From NCBI GenBank assembly GCA_963815215.1, contig CAWFFU010000003.1, positions 384,001 through 448,000 of the forward strand: 64,000 bases of DNA, in the 5' to 3' direction. Numbering within the stretch: the first letter of the stretch is position 1; each line of letters starts with the position of its first letter. Shown piece by piece: positions 37,321-48,575 of the stretch. The position numbers and the translations under genes are program-made. The DNA is from an uncultured Trueperaceae bacterium. Lineage in GTDB: Bacteria > Deinococcota > Deinococci > Deinococcales > Trueperaceae. Below the pieces are notes generated by a model that saw only the letters and a list, made by a program, of their open reading frames with translations, had not been told where the DNA came from and did not search any database.

Positions 37321-37851
37321 TCAGGCGGCTCGGGACCGGACGGCGGGTAGTCGTTCGCTGTCGGACTCGCTGCGGGGCAGCGCGACGCGCCCGGTGCGGA
37401 TGACCTCGGCGATGCCGAAGTCGCGCATCTGCTCGATGAAGGCGTTCATCTTGCCTTCGTCGCCGGTAACCTCGAAGACGAGCGCATGACGCGCCACGTC
37501 GACGATGCGGGCACGGAAGTCCTGCGCGATCTGACGGATCTCTACGCGGTCCTCGGGAGTGCGCACCGCGACCTTGATCAACATCAGCTCGCGGTCGATG
37601 AACTTGGACTGGCTGTGATCGATCACCTTGATCACGTCGATCAGCTTCTGGAGCTGCTTCTGGACCTGCTCCAGCACGGAGTCCTCGCCGGTGACGACGA
37701 AGGTGGTCCGGCTGATGCCCGGCTCCTCCGATTGCGCCACCGAGAGCGATTCGATGTTGAATCCACGTCGAGCGAACAGGCCCGCGATGCGCACCAGCAC
37801 GCCCGGACGATCGCGCACCGTCACGCTCATGACGTGCCGGCCGGCGCTCAC
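37321..37851 (-). CDS. ilvN: Acetolactate synthase small subunit
   Basis: [23 protein letters not shown] (ACT domain), [20 protein letters not shown]. Confidence 0.95.
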   Translation of the reverse strand: MSAGRHVMSVTVRDRPGVLVRIAGLFARRGFNIESLSVAQSEEPGISRTTFVVTGEDSVLEQVQKQLQKLIDVIKVIDHSQSKFIDRELMLIKVAVRTPEDRVEIRQIAQDFRARIVDVARHALVFEVTGDEGKMNAFIEQMRDFGIAEVIRTGRVALPRSESDSERLPAVRSRAA

Positions 37852-39554
37852 GCCGGGACCTCCGACGGGCTCTCGGAGGGAGTGTCGTCCGGCTCCTGGT
37901 CGCCCACGATCATCTCGTCGACGCCGGCTCCCGCAGGGATCATCGGGAACACCTTCTCGGCTTCGTACACGAAGAAGTTGATGACTGCCGGCTTCCCTTT
38001 GGCGAGGACCTCGGGCACGACCCGGGCCGCCGTCTCACGGTCGAAGACGTTATAGCCGTCGAGACCGTAGGCCTCCGCCAGCTTCGCGAAGTCGGGGTTG
38101 GAGTCGGCGAGGTAGATCTCGCTGTAGCGTTCTGCGCTGAACATCTCCTGCCACTGCCGGACCATGCCCAGCACCCCGTTGTTGAGGATGGCGAGCACCA
38201 CCGGGAGCTGGTGCTTGTAGAGCGTCGCCAGCTCCTGGATGTTCATCTGCACGCTGCCGTCACCGGCGATGCACACCACCGGCTCGCCGGGGCGGGCGAA
38301 GGACGCTCCGATGGCAGCCGGCAGCCCGAAGCCCATGGTGCCCAGCCCGCCCGAGGTGATGAAGGTCCGTGGCTTGGTGGTCGGGAACAGCCGGGCGGCG
38401 AACATCTGGTGCTGACCCACCTCGGTGGTGACGACGCACTCGCCGCCGGTAGCCTGGTGCAGGAGCTGGATGACCTCCTGCGAGACCAGCGGCTGGTCGG
38501 TCTTGTAGCGCTCGGGGTACATCGTCTTCCACTCGTCGAGCTGCTCCCGCCAGGGGTCGATCTCCAGACGATCGAGGGCGTTCGCCAGCCTGGGAAGCAC
38601 GTCCCGAAGGTCCCCCACCACGGGGACGTGGGCCTTCACCAGCTTCGAGATCTCGGCGGGATCGATGTCGACGTGCACGACCGTGGCGTTGGGAGCGAAG
38701 CGGCTGATCTTCCCGGTGACGCGGTCGTCGAACCGCAGACCGGCGCCGAGGATGAGGTCGCAGTGGGTGATGGCGCGGTTCGCCGTGACCGTCCCGTGCA
38801 TGCCGGGCATGCCCAAGGCCTGTCGGTCACCGGCCGGGTAGGCGCCGATGCCCATGAGGGTGGTGATGACCGGGATGCCCGTCTTGCGAGCGAAGGCCAC
38901 CACCTCATCCGAGGCCACCTGACCGCCGCCGCCGACCATCAACACGGGACGCTCGGCCGCGCGGATCGCTTCGGCCGCCTTGCGAAGCTGCCCGGCGTGC
39001 CCGCCAACCGTCGGCCGATAGCCGGGAAGGTCGACCTCGACGTCGAAGCTGCCATGGAACTCGGCTTGCTGCACGTCCTTGGGAAGATCGATCAGAACCG
39101 GACCGGGGCGTCCGGTGGAGGCGATGTGGAAGGCCTCGGCCACCACCCTCGGGATGTCGTCGACGTTCTTGACCAGATAGTTGTGCTTGGTGACGGGGGC
39201 GGTGATGCCGTAGACGTCCGCCTCCTGGAAGGCGTCGGTGCCGATGAGCGTAGTGGCGACGTTGCCGGTGACCGCCACCACGGCCGAGGAGTCCATCTGC
39301 GCCGTTGCCAATCCCGTGACCAGGTTGGTCGCGCCCGGACCGCTGGTCGCGAAACACACGCCGACGCGGCCCGACGCCCGGTAGTAGGCATCCGCGGCAT
39401 GGGCGCCGGCCTGCTCGTGCCGCACCAGTACGTGCTTGATCGGCGAGTCGTAGAGTGCGTCGTACACCGGCAGGATGGCGCCTCCGGGGTGACCGAAGAC
39501 GGTGTCCACGCCTTGGCGCTCCAGCGCCTTCAACAGGGCTTCTGCACCTTTCAT
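37848..39554 (-). CDS. ilvB: Acetolactate synthase large subunit
   Basis: [46 protein letters not shown] motif GDGS...NN, GMVRQWQ. Confidence 0.97.
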   Translation of the reverse strand: MKGAEALLKALERQGVDTVFGHPGGAILPVYDALYDSPIKHVLVRHEQAGAHAADAYYRASGRVGVCFATSGPGATNLVTGLATAQMDSSAVVAVTGNVATTLIGTDAFQEADVYGITAPVTKHNYLVKNVDDIPRVVAEAFHIASTGRPGPVLIDLPKDVQQAEFHGSFDVEVDLPGYRPTVGGHAGQLRKAAEAIRAAERPVLMVGGGGQVASDEVVAFARKTGIPVITTLMGIGAYPAGDRQALGMPGMHGTVTANRAITHCDLILGAGLRFDDRVTGKISRFAPNATVVHVDIDPAEISKLVKAHVPVVGDLRDVLPRLANALDRLEIDPWREQLDEWKTMYPERYKTDQPLVSQEVIQLLHQATGGECVVTTEVGQHQMFAARLFPTTKPRTFITSGGLGTMGFGLPAAIGASFARPGEPVVCIAGDGSVQMNIQELATLYKHQLPVVLAILNNGVLGMVRQWQEMFSAERYSEIYLADSNPDFAKLAEAYGLDGYNVFDRETAARVVPEVLAKGKPAVINFFVYEAEKVFPMIPAGAGVDEMIVGDQEPDDTPSESPSEVPA

Positions 39555-39600
39555 GGCTCCTCCTACCTCAACTCTCGTGTCGCGAACGGATCGGTGAATG

Positions 39601-39634
39601 AAAAAGGCCCCGCCTTACCGAAGGAGGCGGGGCC
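39601..39634 (-). terminator. Intrinsic terminator (attenuator) in the ilvB leader
   Basis: Minus strand GGCCCCGCCT-CCTTCGGTA-AGGCGGGGCC-TTTTT, about 45 nt upstream of ilvB. Confidence 0.88.
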
Positions 39635-39655
39635 ACAGGCTTTCAGCCGAAGCAT

Positions 39656-39727
39656 CTAAGCAATGGGCGCCCCTGAATGTAGCCGTAGGCCGTGTACCGC
39701 GGCGTCCGAGTGGGGGGCGCTTGTCAT
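39656..39727 (-). CDS. Putative ilv operon leader peptide (23 aa, MTSAPHSDAAVHGLRLHSGAPIA)
   Basis: ATG 8 nt after the TATACT -10; stop about 20 nt before the terminator; Val/Leu/Leu/Ile encoded GTA/CTA/CTA/ATT. Confidence 0.65.
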   Translation of the reverse strand: MTSAPHSDAAVHGLRLHSGAPIA

Positions 39728-39735
39728 TGGTGGGG

Positions 39736-39765
39736 AGTATACGTAGCGGCCTACCCGAGTGTCAA
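39736..39765 (-). promoter_or_regulatory. Sigma70 promoter of the ilv operon
   Basis: TTGACA (39765-39760), 18-nt spacer, TATACT (39741-39736). Confidence 0.8.
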
Positions 39766-39960
39766 GGAAGCCGGCGTGCGGGTTGCGCTTGCAGGCTGCG
39801 CCTTCCATGCCGCACACTGAAGGGACTTGATGCAAGCCGGGAAGGATGTAGGAGGAGCTACGCACTTCGTCTCAACGGCGAGCCACTGGGAGCCCATCCA
39901 TCGTCATCGGCGTCAGGGTGGGGGCGGCTCGGCCGAGGCGGAACCCCCAGGAGGTCCACC

Positions 39961-40236
39961 ATCGAAATCCTACGCGTCTCCGGAACCTCGCGACCCAACT
40001 CCGTGGCTGGGGCCATCGCCGCGCTCCTTCGCAACGAGGGGGAAGTCGAAGTCCAAGCGATCGGCCCGCATGCCGTCAACCAGGCCGTGAAGGCGATCGC
40101 GATCGCTCGCTCGTACATCGAAGCGGAGGGGCTCGACCTGCGCACGGTGCCGTCCTTCGTCAAACTCGAGCTCCAGAACGAGGAGCGCACGGCGGTCCGC
40201 TTCGCAGTGCAGTCCATGGAGGTCGCCAGGCCCTGA
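39961..40236 (+). CDS. spoVS: Stage V sporulation protein S family (SpoVS), apparent ATC start
   Basis: xEILRVSGTSRPNSVAGAIA...QAIGPHAVNQAVKAIAIAR...EERTAVRF; AGGAGGT SD 5 nt before ATC. Confidence 0.9.
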   Translation: MEILRVSGTSRPNSVAGAIAALLRNEGEVEVQAIGPHAVNQAVKAIAIARSYIEAEGLDLRTVPSFVKLELQNEERTAVRFAVQSMEVARP

Positions 40237-40310
40237 CGGCGGCCGCCCGACCGCCGTCCCCGCTGCTGCGCGGTCCTAGGTGCCGTGGCTTGCCATGGAT
40301 TCTCATGGAA

Positions 40311-40331
40311 TCTGAGTACACTTAGCTCAAG
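40311..40331. promoter_or_regulatory. HAIR-like operator (HspR site)
   Basis: TCTGAGT-N7-GCTCAAG versus consensus CTTGAGT-N7-ACTCAAG (11/14), overlapping TACACT. Confidence 0.55.
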
Positions 40332-40415
40332 TCGGTGCGCCCTTGGAGGGGCGCCCCGTAGCGAACGTAGGCACTCCGGCCGCTCCGGCCTTATCAAGGA
40401 GGACGAGAAGGAGCT

Positions 40416-41099
40416 ATGATCTTCGGCTTCTACGGTTACTACCTCATCGGTATCGTTGCGTTCATCGCATCGCTGGCTATCCAGGGCTGGCTCAAGAGCA
40501 CCTACGGCACCTGGATGAAACGAGCCAATGCCGCCGGGTTGAGTGGTGCGGAGGTGGCGCGCGCCATCCTCCAGGCCAACGGCATCGGCGACGTGCGGGT
40601 CGAAGCAGTGCAGGGCCAGCTCACCGACCACTACGACCCTTCCAAGAAGGTCGTGCGGCTGTCGGCCGACAACTTCCGCAGCGCCAGCGTAGCCGGGATG
40701 GCGGTCGCTGCGCACGAGACGGGGCACGCCATCCAGCACGCGCGGTCGTTCGCGCCGCTGTCGTGGCGTACGGCCATCCTCCCCGCGGCCAACATCGGTA
40801 GTCAGTTCGGTCCCATGCTGGCGTTCTTCGGGCTGCTGCTCGGCGTGGCCGGCAAGCCGCTGCTGACGGTCGGGATCGTGCTCTTCGCTGCTGCCGTGGT
40901 GTTCCACCTGGTGACGCTGCCGGTCGAGTTCGACGCCAGCCGCCGTGGCCTGGGACAGTTGCAGCGCCTCGGGCTCGTCACCGCCCAGGACCAGGGGGGC
41001 GCCCGTAAGGTGCTCACCGCTGCCGCCATGACGTACGTGGCCGCGGCCGCCACCTCGATCGCGTACCTGCTCTACTTCCTCGGGGCCGCCCGCCGCTAG
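40416..41099 (+). CDS. Membrane zinc metallopeptidase (YugP/DdrE-like)
   Basis: LTDHYDP, VAAHETGHAIQH (HEXXH), TLPVEFDASRR, VLTAAAMTYV. Confidence 0.9.
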   Translation: MIFGFYGYYLIGIVAFIASLAIQGWLKSTYGTWMKRANAAGLSGAEVARAILQANGIGDVRVEAVQGQLTDHYDPSKKVVRLSADNFRSASVAGMAVAAHETGHAIQHARSFAPLSWRTAILPAANIGSQFGPMLAFFGLLLGVAGKPLLTVGIVLFAAAVVFHLVTLPVEFDASRRGLGQLQRLGLVTAQDQGGARKVLTAAAMTYVAAAATSIAYLLYFLGAARR

Positions 41100-41128
41100 C
41101 CGCCCGGCCACGCCGGGAGCATTGGATC

Positions 41129-42376
41129 GTGTTGCAGACCCGGGCTCGCATCCTCGCTGTTGACGTCCTGCGCCGCGTTCTGCGCGGCGCTTTCCTTGCA
41201 CCGACGCTGCGTGGCGCCCTCGACGCCTCCGATCTCGAGGGCGCCGATCGGTCCTTCGTGACCGACCTCAGCTACGGCACGCTGCGCCGTCTCGCCTGGC
41301 TGGACGCCGCGTTGGCGCCTCGACTGCGCGCCCCAGAGCGCCTACCCGAGCGCGTGCTGGCCGCTTTGCGCCTGGCGGCGTACGACCTGCTGGTGCGTCG
41401 GACGCCCCGCCGCGCGGTCGTCCATGCCTGGGTGGACGTCGTCAAGGCCGACGAGCCCCGGCTGTCCGGGCTGGTCAACGCGGTGTTGCGGCGCGTAGAG
41501 GCGCCGCCTGCACCGGAGGACCGGCTACGCCTGGCGCTGCCGGGCTGGCTCGCCGAGCGGTTCGAGGACGCGCTGGGCCCGGAGGCGGCGGACCGCTCCG
41601 CGCTGGCGATGCTCGAGCCCGGCCCGCTGTGGTTACGGTGCTACGGCGAGGGCGCCGCACAGAGCCTGGCGGCGGACGGTTGCGACACCCGCCCCGGCCC
41701 GATCGAGCGAACGTTGCGCGTGCGCTCCCCTGTACCGGTCGACCGCCTCGTCGCCTACCGGAACGGCCTGGTACAGCCGCAGAACCCCGCCTCATCGCTC
41801 CCCGCCGAGGTGCTGGCGGTCCGCGCCGGCGAGCGTGTGCTCGACCTGGCCGCCGGCAACGGCATCAAGACCGCCCAGCTCGCGGCCGCCGGCGGCTCGG
41901 TCACGGCCGTCGACGTGGATCCGCGGAAGGAGGCTCCGCGCCGGGCCAATCTGGCGCGACTGCGTCTCGAGGCCCGGCACCTCACCGCCGACCTGACCCG
42001 TCCGGCCGACTTGACGCCGGCGGAAGCCGTCCTGCTGGACGCGCCCTGCACGGGCACCGGTACCCTCCGCGGGCATCCCGAGATCAAGCTGCGCCTGACC
42101 CCCGAGGACGTGGACCTGGCCGCCGCCCGGCAGAGCGCCATGCTCGACACGGCTGCGGACTTGACCGCCCCCGGCGGACGGCTGGTATACGCGGTCTGCT
42201 CGCTGACGGACACCGAAGGCGAGGGCCAGCTCCGGGCGTTCCTGGAGCGGCACGCCGACTTCCATGTCGACCCCGTGTCCTGCTCGCTTCCGCACGTGGT
42301 GGCGAGCGCCGGCATCTATCTCGTGCCCGAGGACGGGCTCGACGGCTTCTACCTCTGCCGCCTGCGGCGCGACTGA
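41129..42376 (+). CDS. RsmB/NOP-type RNA m5C methyltransferase with a NusB-like N-terminal domain
   Basis: YGTLRR, VNAVLR, LDLAAGNGIKT, LLDAPCTGTGTLRGHPEIK, LVYAVCS, DGFY. Confidence 0.88.
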   Translation: MLQTRARILAVDVLRRVLRGAFLAPTLRGALDASDLEGADRSFVTDLSYGTLRRLAWLDAALAPRLRAPERLPERVLAALRLAAYDLLVRRTPRRAVVHAWVDVVKADEPRLSGLVNAVLRRVEAPPAPEDRLRLALPGWLAERFEDALGPEAADRSALAMLEPGPLWLRCYGEGAAQSLAADGCDTRPGPIERTLRVRSPVPVDRLVAYRNGLVQPQNPASSLPAEVLAVRAGERVLDLAAGNGIKTAQLAAAGGSVTAVDVDPRKEAPRRANLARLRLEARHLTADLTRPADLTPAEAVLLDAPCTGTGTLRGHPEIKLRLTPEDVDLAAARQSAMLDTAADLTAPGGRLVYAVCSLTDTEGEGQLRAFLERHADFHVDPVSCSLPHVVASAGIYLVPEDGLDGFYLCRLRRD

Positions 42377-42472
42377 GGGCCGGTGGGATCGCCCGGCCCG
42401 GGCGGTTGCTACCATGGCGCCATCGTTCGGAGCGCCCGCCGGCCCCTGCCGACGGACAGGTGAGGAGGCCAA

Positions 42473-43378
42473 GTGGCACGCAAGGAAGCTGTAGCCCTGT
42501 CGGAGCGGGTGGTGTATCTGCCAGGCGGGGTCAACTGCGCGCTGGTCCTCGGGGAAGGGAACCGGGCCGTGGTGGTCGACAGCGGGCAGGACAAGGATTA
42601 CGGCCGCGACCTGCGAAGGGCCTGCGAGGCACTGGGGGTCACGCCGGTAGCCATCGTCAACACGCACGCGCACGCCGACCACTTCGGCGGCAACGCCTAC
42701 CTGCTGCGCCAGTTCCCGGAGATCGTCGTGTACGCACCCCCTTTCGAGGCGAGCATCATCCGGGCGCCGTACCTCGAGCCGGTGTACCTCTTCCACGGCG
42801 CGCGACCGCCTGGGGAGCTGACCACGAAGTGGCTCCAGGCCGAGGCGTCGCCTGTTCATGTCGAGCTCGAGGCCGGACCGTTCGAGATCGCGGGCATCGC
42901 CTTCGAGGCCCTCGACACCTCCGGGCACGCCCACCGTCAGCTCGCGTTACGCGTCGACGACGTCCTGCTGGCGGCCGACGCGTTCTTCGGCGACGCCGTG
43001 CTCGAGAAGTACGGCCTGCCGTTCGGGCAGGACATCGGCGGGCAGATCGCCGCTCTCGAAGCGGTGCGGAGCAGCAGCGCACGGGTGGCGTTGCCCGGTC
43101 ATGGTGACCCGAGCGAGGACCTCGACCGTTCGATCGCCGCCAACCGGACGGCCATCGCCGCCGCCGCCGATGCCGTGGAACGGGCGTGCCAGGGCGCGAG
43201 TAGTGAGGACGTGCTCGTGGCTGCGTGCGAGGCGCTGAACGTCGAGCTCAGCGATCTCCCCCGCTACCATCTCAACTTCTGTACGGTGTCGGCCTACCTC
43301 ACCTACCTGCGCGAGCAGGGTCGGGTCGAAGGGCGCCTGGAAAGCGGGCGCCTGGTGTGGCGGCACGCGGCGGCGTGA
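42473..43378 (+). CDS. MBL-fold metallohydrolase
   Basis: VDSG, THAHADHFGG, SGH, AD, PGHG; GAGGAGG SD. Confidence 0.88.
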   Translation: MARKEAVALSERVVYLPGGVNCALVLGEGNRAVVVDSGQDKDYGRDLRRACEALGVTPVAIVNTHAHADHFGGNAYLLRQFPEIVVYAPPFEASIIRAPYLEPVYLFHGARPPGELTTKWLQAEASPVHVELEAGPFEIAGIAFEALDTSGHAHRQLALRVDDVLLAADAFFGDAVLEKYGLPFGQDIGGQIAALEAVRSSSARVALPGHGDPSEDLDRSIAANRTAIAAAADAVERACQGASSEDVLVAACEALNVELSDLPRYHLNFCTVSAYLTYLREQGRVEGRLESGRLVWRHAAA

Positions 43379-43387
43379 ACCAGGATC

Positions 43388-43921
43388 CTAGGATCGGAAC
43401 AGGTACGGCTCCAAGAGCGGCATGACACACACGCGTTCCTCCAGGGGTTCGCCCAGCAAGTGCGTGTGCACCGTCTCGTGCTCCTGGAAGCCCAGGTGTC
43501 GGTAGAAGCCGCGGGCCGCTTCATTGCGCTCGGCCACGGTGAGCCGGATCTCGCGTGCGCCGCGGGCGGCGAACCAGGGGCGGGCGGTCTCCAGCAGGCG
43601 CCGCCCGTGGCCGTGGCGCTGGGCTTCCGGGAGCACGTAGATGGCGCCGACATAGCCGACGTCGCCGCGCATGCTCAGACGCTCGTACGCCACCACCCGA
43701 CCGTCCTCTTCGAGCACCCACAGGCCCCCGTCGTTGACCGCGGCGAGGATACGGTAGTCGCTGTAGGCCCGGCGCAGGAAGGCGTCGATCGTGGGCTTGC
43801 TGAGGATGACGTCATAGGTGGCGTGCCAGGTGGTCGACGCCACCTCACGCACCGCCGGCAGATCGGCCGGCGAAGCGATTCTGACGGTGGCGTAGGGATG
43901 CACGGCATCGATGGCCAACAC
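43388..43921 (-). CDS. GNAT family N-acetyltransferase
   Basis: TWHATY, IYVLPEAQRHGHGRRLL, N-x-x-A-x-x-FY-x-x-LGF; start placed at GTG 43921. Confidence 0.82.
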   Translation of the reverse strand: MLAIDAVHPYATVRIASPADLPAVREVASTTWHATYDVILSKPTIDAFLRRAYSDYRILAAVNDGGLWVLEEDGRVVAYERLSMRGDVGYVGAIYVLPEAQRHGHGRRLLETARPWFAARGAREIRLTVAERNEAARGFYRHLGFQEHETVHTHLLGEPLEERVCVMPLLEPYLFRS

Positions 43922-44000
43922 GGGAGACTCCGACGAAGGATACGTCGCGGGTAGTATATAGGGACGGCACCCCAGCGGGTGCGGAAGGGGGCGAGGACCC

Positions 44001-45377
44001 GTGGAGATCCTCAGCGCGGGCGCGGCCCGCACCGTGACCGGCAGTTGCCATCACCTCCACCTCGACGGCGCGCGGGTGCTGCTCGACTGCGGTCTCTTCC
44101 AGGGCGGCTCGGACCTGGAGGCGCGCAACCGCGAACCCTTCCCGTTCGAACCCGGCGAGCTCGATGCCGTTTGCCTGAGCCATGGCCACCTCGATCACGT
44201 CGGGCGTCTGCCGTTGCTGAGCGAACGGGGGTACCGGGGGCCGATCTACGCCACCCAGGCGACCCGCAACATCGCCGAGATCATCTTGCACGACGCTGCC
44301 AAGCTGCAAGCCGAGGACTACCAGCGGGCCTTGCGCAAGGCCAAGCGGGCGGGTCGCGAGGGCGACGTGGCGCCTCCGCTGTACGGGGTGCGCGAAGTCG
44401 AGCGAGTGCTGACGCAGTTCCGACCGGTCGAGATGGAGCACCCGGTGGAGGTCGCGACAGGCGTGCGCGCGATCTTCCGTCCGGCGGGCCACGTGCTCGG
44501 GAGCGCTACCATCGAGCTCCACGACGGTTCCATGCGCCTGGCGTTCTCCGGCGACCTGGGCAACCGCGAGAGCGCGCTGCAGGCCCCGGCCGAGCCGGCG
44601 CGCCCGGCCGACGTGGTGCTGATCGAGACCACCTACGCCGAGCGTAACCATCGGAGCCGCGCTGCGACCGAAGCCGAGTTCGCGGAGGTGCTGGCAGGCT
44701 CTCTGGAGCGTGGTGGGAACGTGCTGATCCCGACCTTCGCGCTGGAGCGGAGCCAGGCGGTGCTCTACGAGATCCGGCGCCTGATGGAGCGAGGCGCCAT
44801 CCCCAGTGTGCGCGTCTTCCTCGACTCCCCGATGGCCACCCGCCTCACCAGGTTCTACGAGCACGGCGAGAACGAGTTCCGCGACGAGGTCAAGGCCTTA
44901 CTGGCCGAAGGGAGGGACCCCTTCGCGCCTCCGACGCTGGAGTTCACGGTCGATACCGAAGCGTCCAAAGCCATCAACGAGGTCACCGGCGGCGCCATCA
45001 TCCTGGCGGGGTCGGGCATGATGACCGGCGGGCGCATCTTGCATCATCTGAAGCACAATCTGTGGCGCGAAGAAGCGAGCCTGGTGGTGGTGGGCTACCA
45101 GGCGTCCGGAACGCTCGGACGCGCCCTGGTCGGGGGTGCCAAGCGGGTGCACATCTACGGGGAGGAGATCCGGGTGCGCGCACGCATCCACACCATCAAC
45201 GGCTTCTCGGCGCACGGCGACCACGATGACCTTCTGCACTGGCTGGACGGCAGCGGCGATGCCGAGGTGTTCCTGGTGCACGGCGAGCCCGACGTCATGG
45301 ACGCGTTCTCGGTCGAGCTGCGCGACCGCGGCCGACGGGTGACCAGCCCCGAACTGGGGCGGACCTACATCCGCTGA
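44001..45377 (+). CDS. Beta-CASP MBL-fold ribonuclease (YSH1/TTHA0252-like)
   Basis: VTGSCH, DCGLFQG, HGHLDHVG, AGHVLG, SGDLG, ETTY, GSGMMTGGRI, FSAHGD, VHGE. Confidence 0.92.
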   Translation: MEILSAGAARTVTGSCHHLHLDGARVLLDCGLFQGGSDLEARNREPFPFEPGELDAVCLSHGHLDHVGRLPLLSERGYRGPIYATQATRNIAEIILHDAAKLQAEDYQRALRKAKRAGREGDVAPPLYGVREVERVLTQFRPVEMEHPVEVATGVRAIFRPAGHVLGSATIELHDGSMRLAFSGDLGNRESALQAPAEPARPADVVLIETTYAERNHRSRAATEAEFAEVLAGSLERGGNVLIPTFALERSQAVLYEIRRLMERGAIPSVRVFLDSPMATRLTRFYEHGENEFRDEVKALLAEGRDPFAPPTLEFTVDTEASKAINEVTGGAIILAGSGMMTGGRILHHLKHNLWREEASLVVVGYQASGTLGRALVGGAKRVHIYGEEIRVRARIHTINGFSAHGDHDDLLHWLDGSGDAEVFLVHGEPDVMDAFSVELRDRGRRVTSPELGRTYIR

Positions 45378-45386
45378 GCTGCACAT

Positions 45387-45424
45387 GCTGACGACCGCGC
45401 CGCCCGGGCGGCGCGGTCGTCAGC
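45387..45424. terminator. Perfect 38-bp palindrome between the beta-CASP gene and lon
   Basis: GCTGACGACCGCGCCGCCC|GGGCGGCGCGGTCGTCAGC. Confidence 0.6.
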
Positions 45425-45466
45425 TACCTTACGGAGCCGGACGCACGCGAAGGGGTTTACTGAGCC

Positions 45467-47857
<2,391 letters not shown>

Positions 47858-47884
47858 GCGCGACGGCCGCTGCACCGTAGCTAC

Positions 47885-47923
47885 GCGAAGGGCTGCCCGC
47901 CACCATGGCCGGCAGCCCTTCGC
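47885..47923. terminator. Inverted repeat between convergent lon and the yjjX-like gene
   Basis: GCGAAGGGCTGCC...GGCAGCCCTTCGC, 13-bp stem. Confidence 0.6.
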
Positions 47924-47954
47924 CATGGCCGTCAGCCGCGCCGCAGGCGCTCCG

Positions 47955-48575
47955 TCAGTGCGCCGGGTCCCGGTACAAGTCGCGGCGCAACACCGGCATG
48001 AGCGCCAGCACGACCACCTGGGCGTAGAGTCCGGATCGGTCGAGGGCGCCGGCGGTGAGCAGCCCCACGGCACCGCCCGCACGCTTGCTGCCCTGCACGC
48101 CGAACGCCCGGTCGACGGCGTCGCCGAGTTCGAGACCTGAGTCGAGGAGCTCCGTGACGCGGGCAGGCAACGCGAACGAGGCGCTGCGCGCCGCACCGCG
48201 GTCGCCGCTCCGATCCAGCGCTACGGCCCACGAGAAGCTCCACACCACCCCGTCCGACCGCACCAGGCCCCCCTCGATGCCGATGCCGACGGTGCCGGCT
48301 GTTGCGACGCCGTCCTCGGAGGCGTCGATCCGCCGCAGTGCCGCCAGCGCGCGGTTCTCCGCACCGCGTAGCGTTTCCGCGTCTCCCCAGGGCTGGTCGG
48401 GCACGCCCGAGGGAACATCGAAGCACAGGAGCGTGGCTGCCCTACCCGGTAGCGCCCGAGCGAGGGCGGCTTCGACGCCGCGGCGCTTCGCGGGATTGTC
48501 GGAGCCGAGCGCCACCAACGCGGTGCCGTCAGCTCGGGGGAACGACGACATCGACCCGCCCCGCGACCTCTTCAT
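47955..48575 (-). CDS. Inosine/xanthosine triphosphatase (YjjX/DUF84 family)
   Basis: GSDNPAK, VPSGVPDQP, ETLRGAENRA, GIEGG, ELG, GAVGLLT; start may instead be 48551. Confidence 0.85.
   Translation of the reverse strand: MKRSRGGSMSSFPRADGTALVALGSDNPAKRRGVEAALARALPGRAATLLCFDVPSGVPDQPWGDAETLRGAENRALAALRRIDASEDGVATAGTVGIGIEGGLVRSDGVVWSFSWAVALDRSGDRGAARSASFALPARVTELLDSGLELGDAVDRAFGVQGSKRAGGAVGLLTAGALDRSGLYAQVVVLALMPVLRRDLYRDPAH

Noticed and set aside
39598..39960. 121-aa N-terminal extension of SpoVS from the ORF track
   Set aside because: Runs antisense through the ilv promoter and attenuator and is not protein-like; SpoVS similarity starts at 39961
42473..45377. Two MBL-fold genes plus a GNAT as a possible defence or toxin-antitoxin module
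   Set aside because: All resemble housekeeping families, orientations differ, there is no antitoxin-like partner, and the context is core (rsmB-like, lon)
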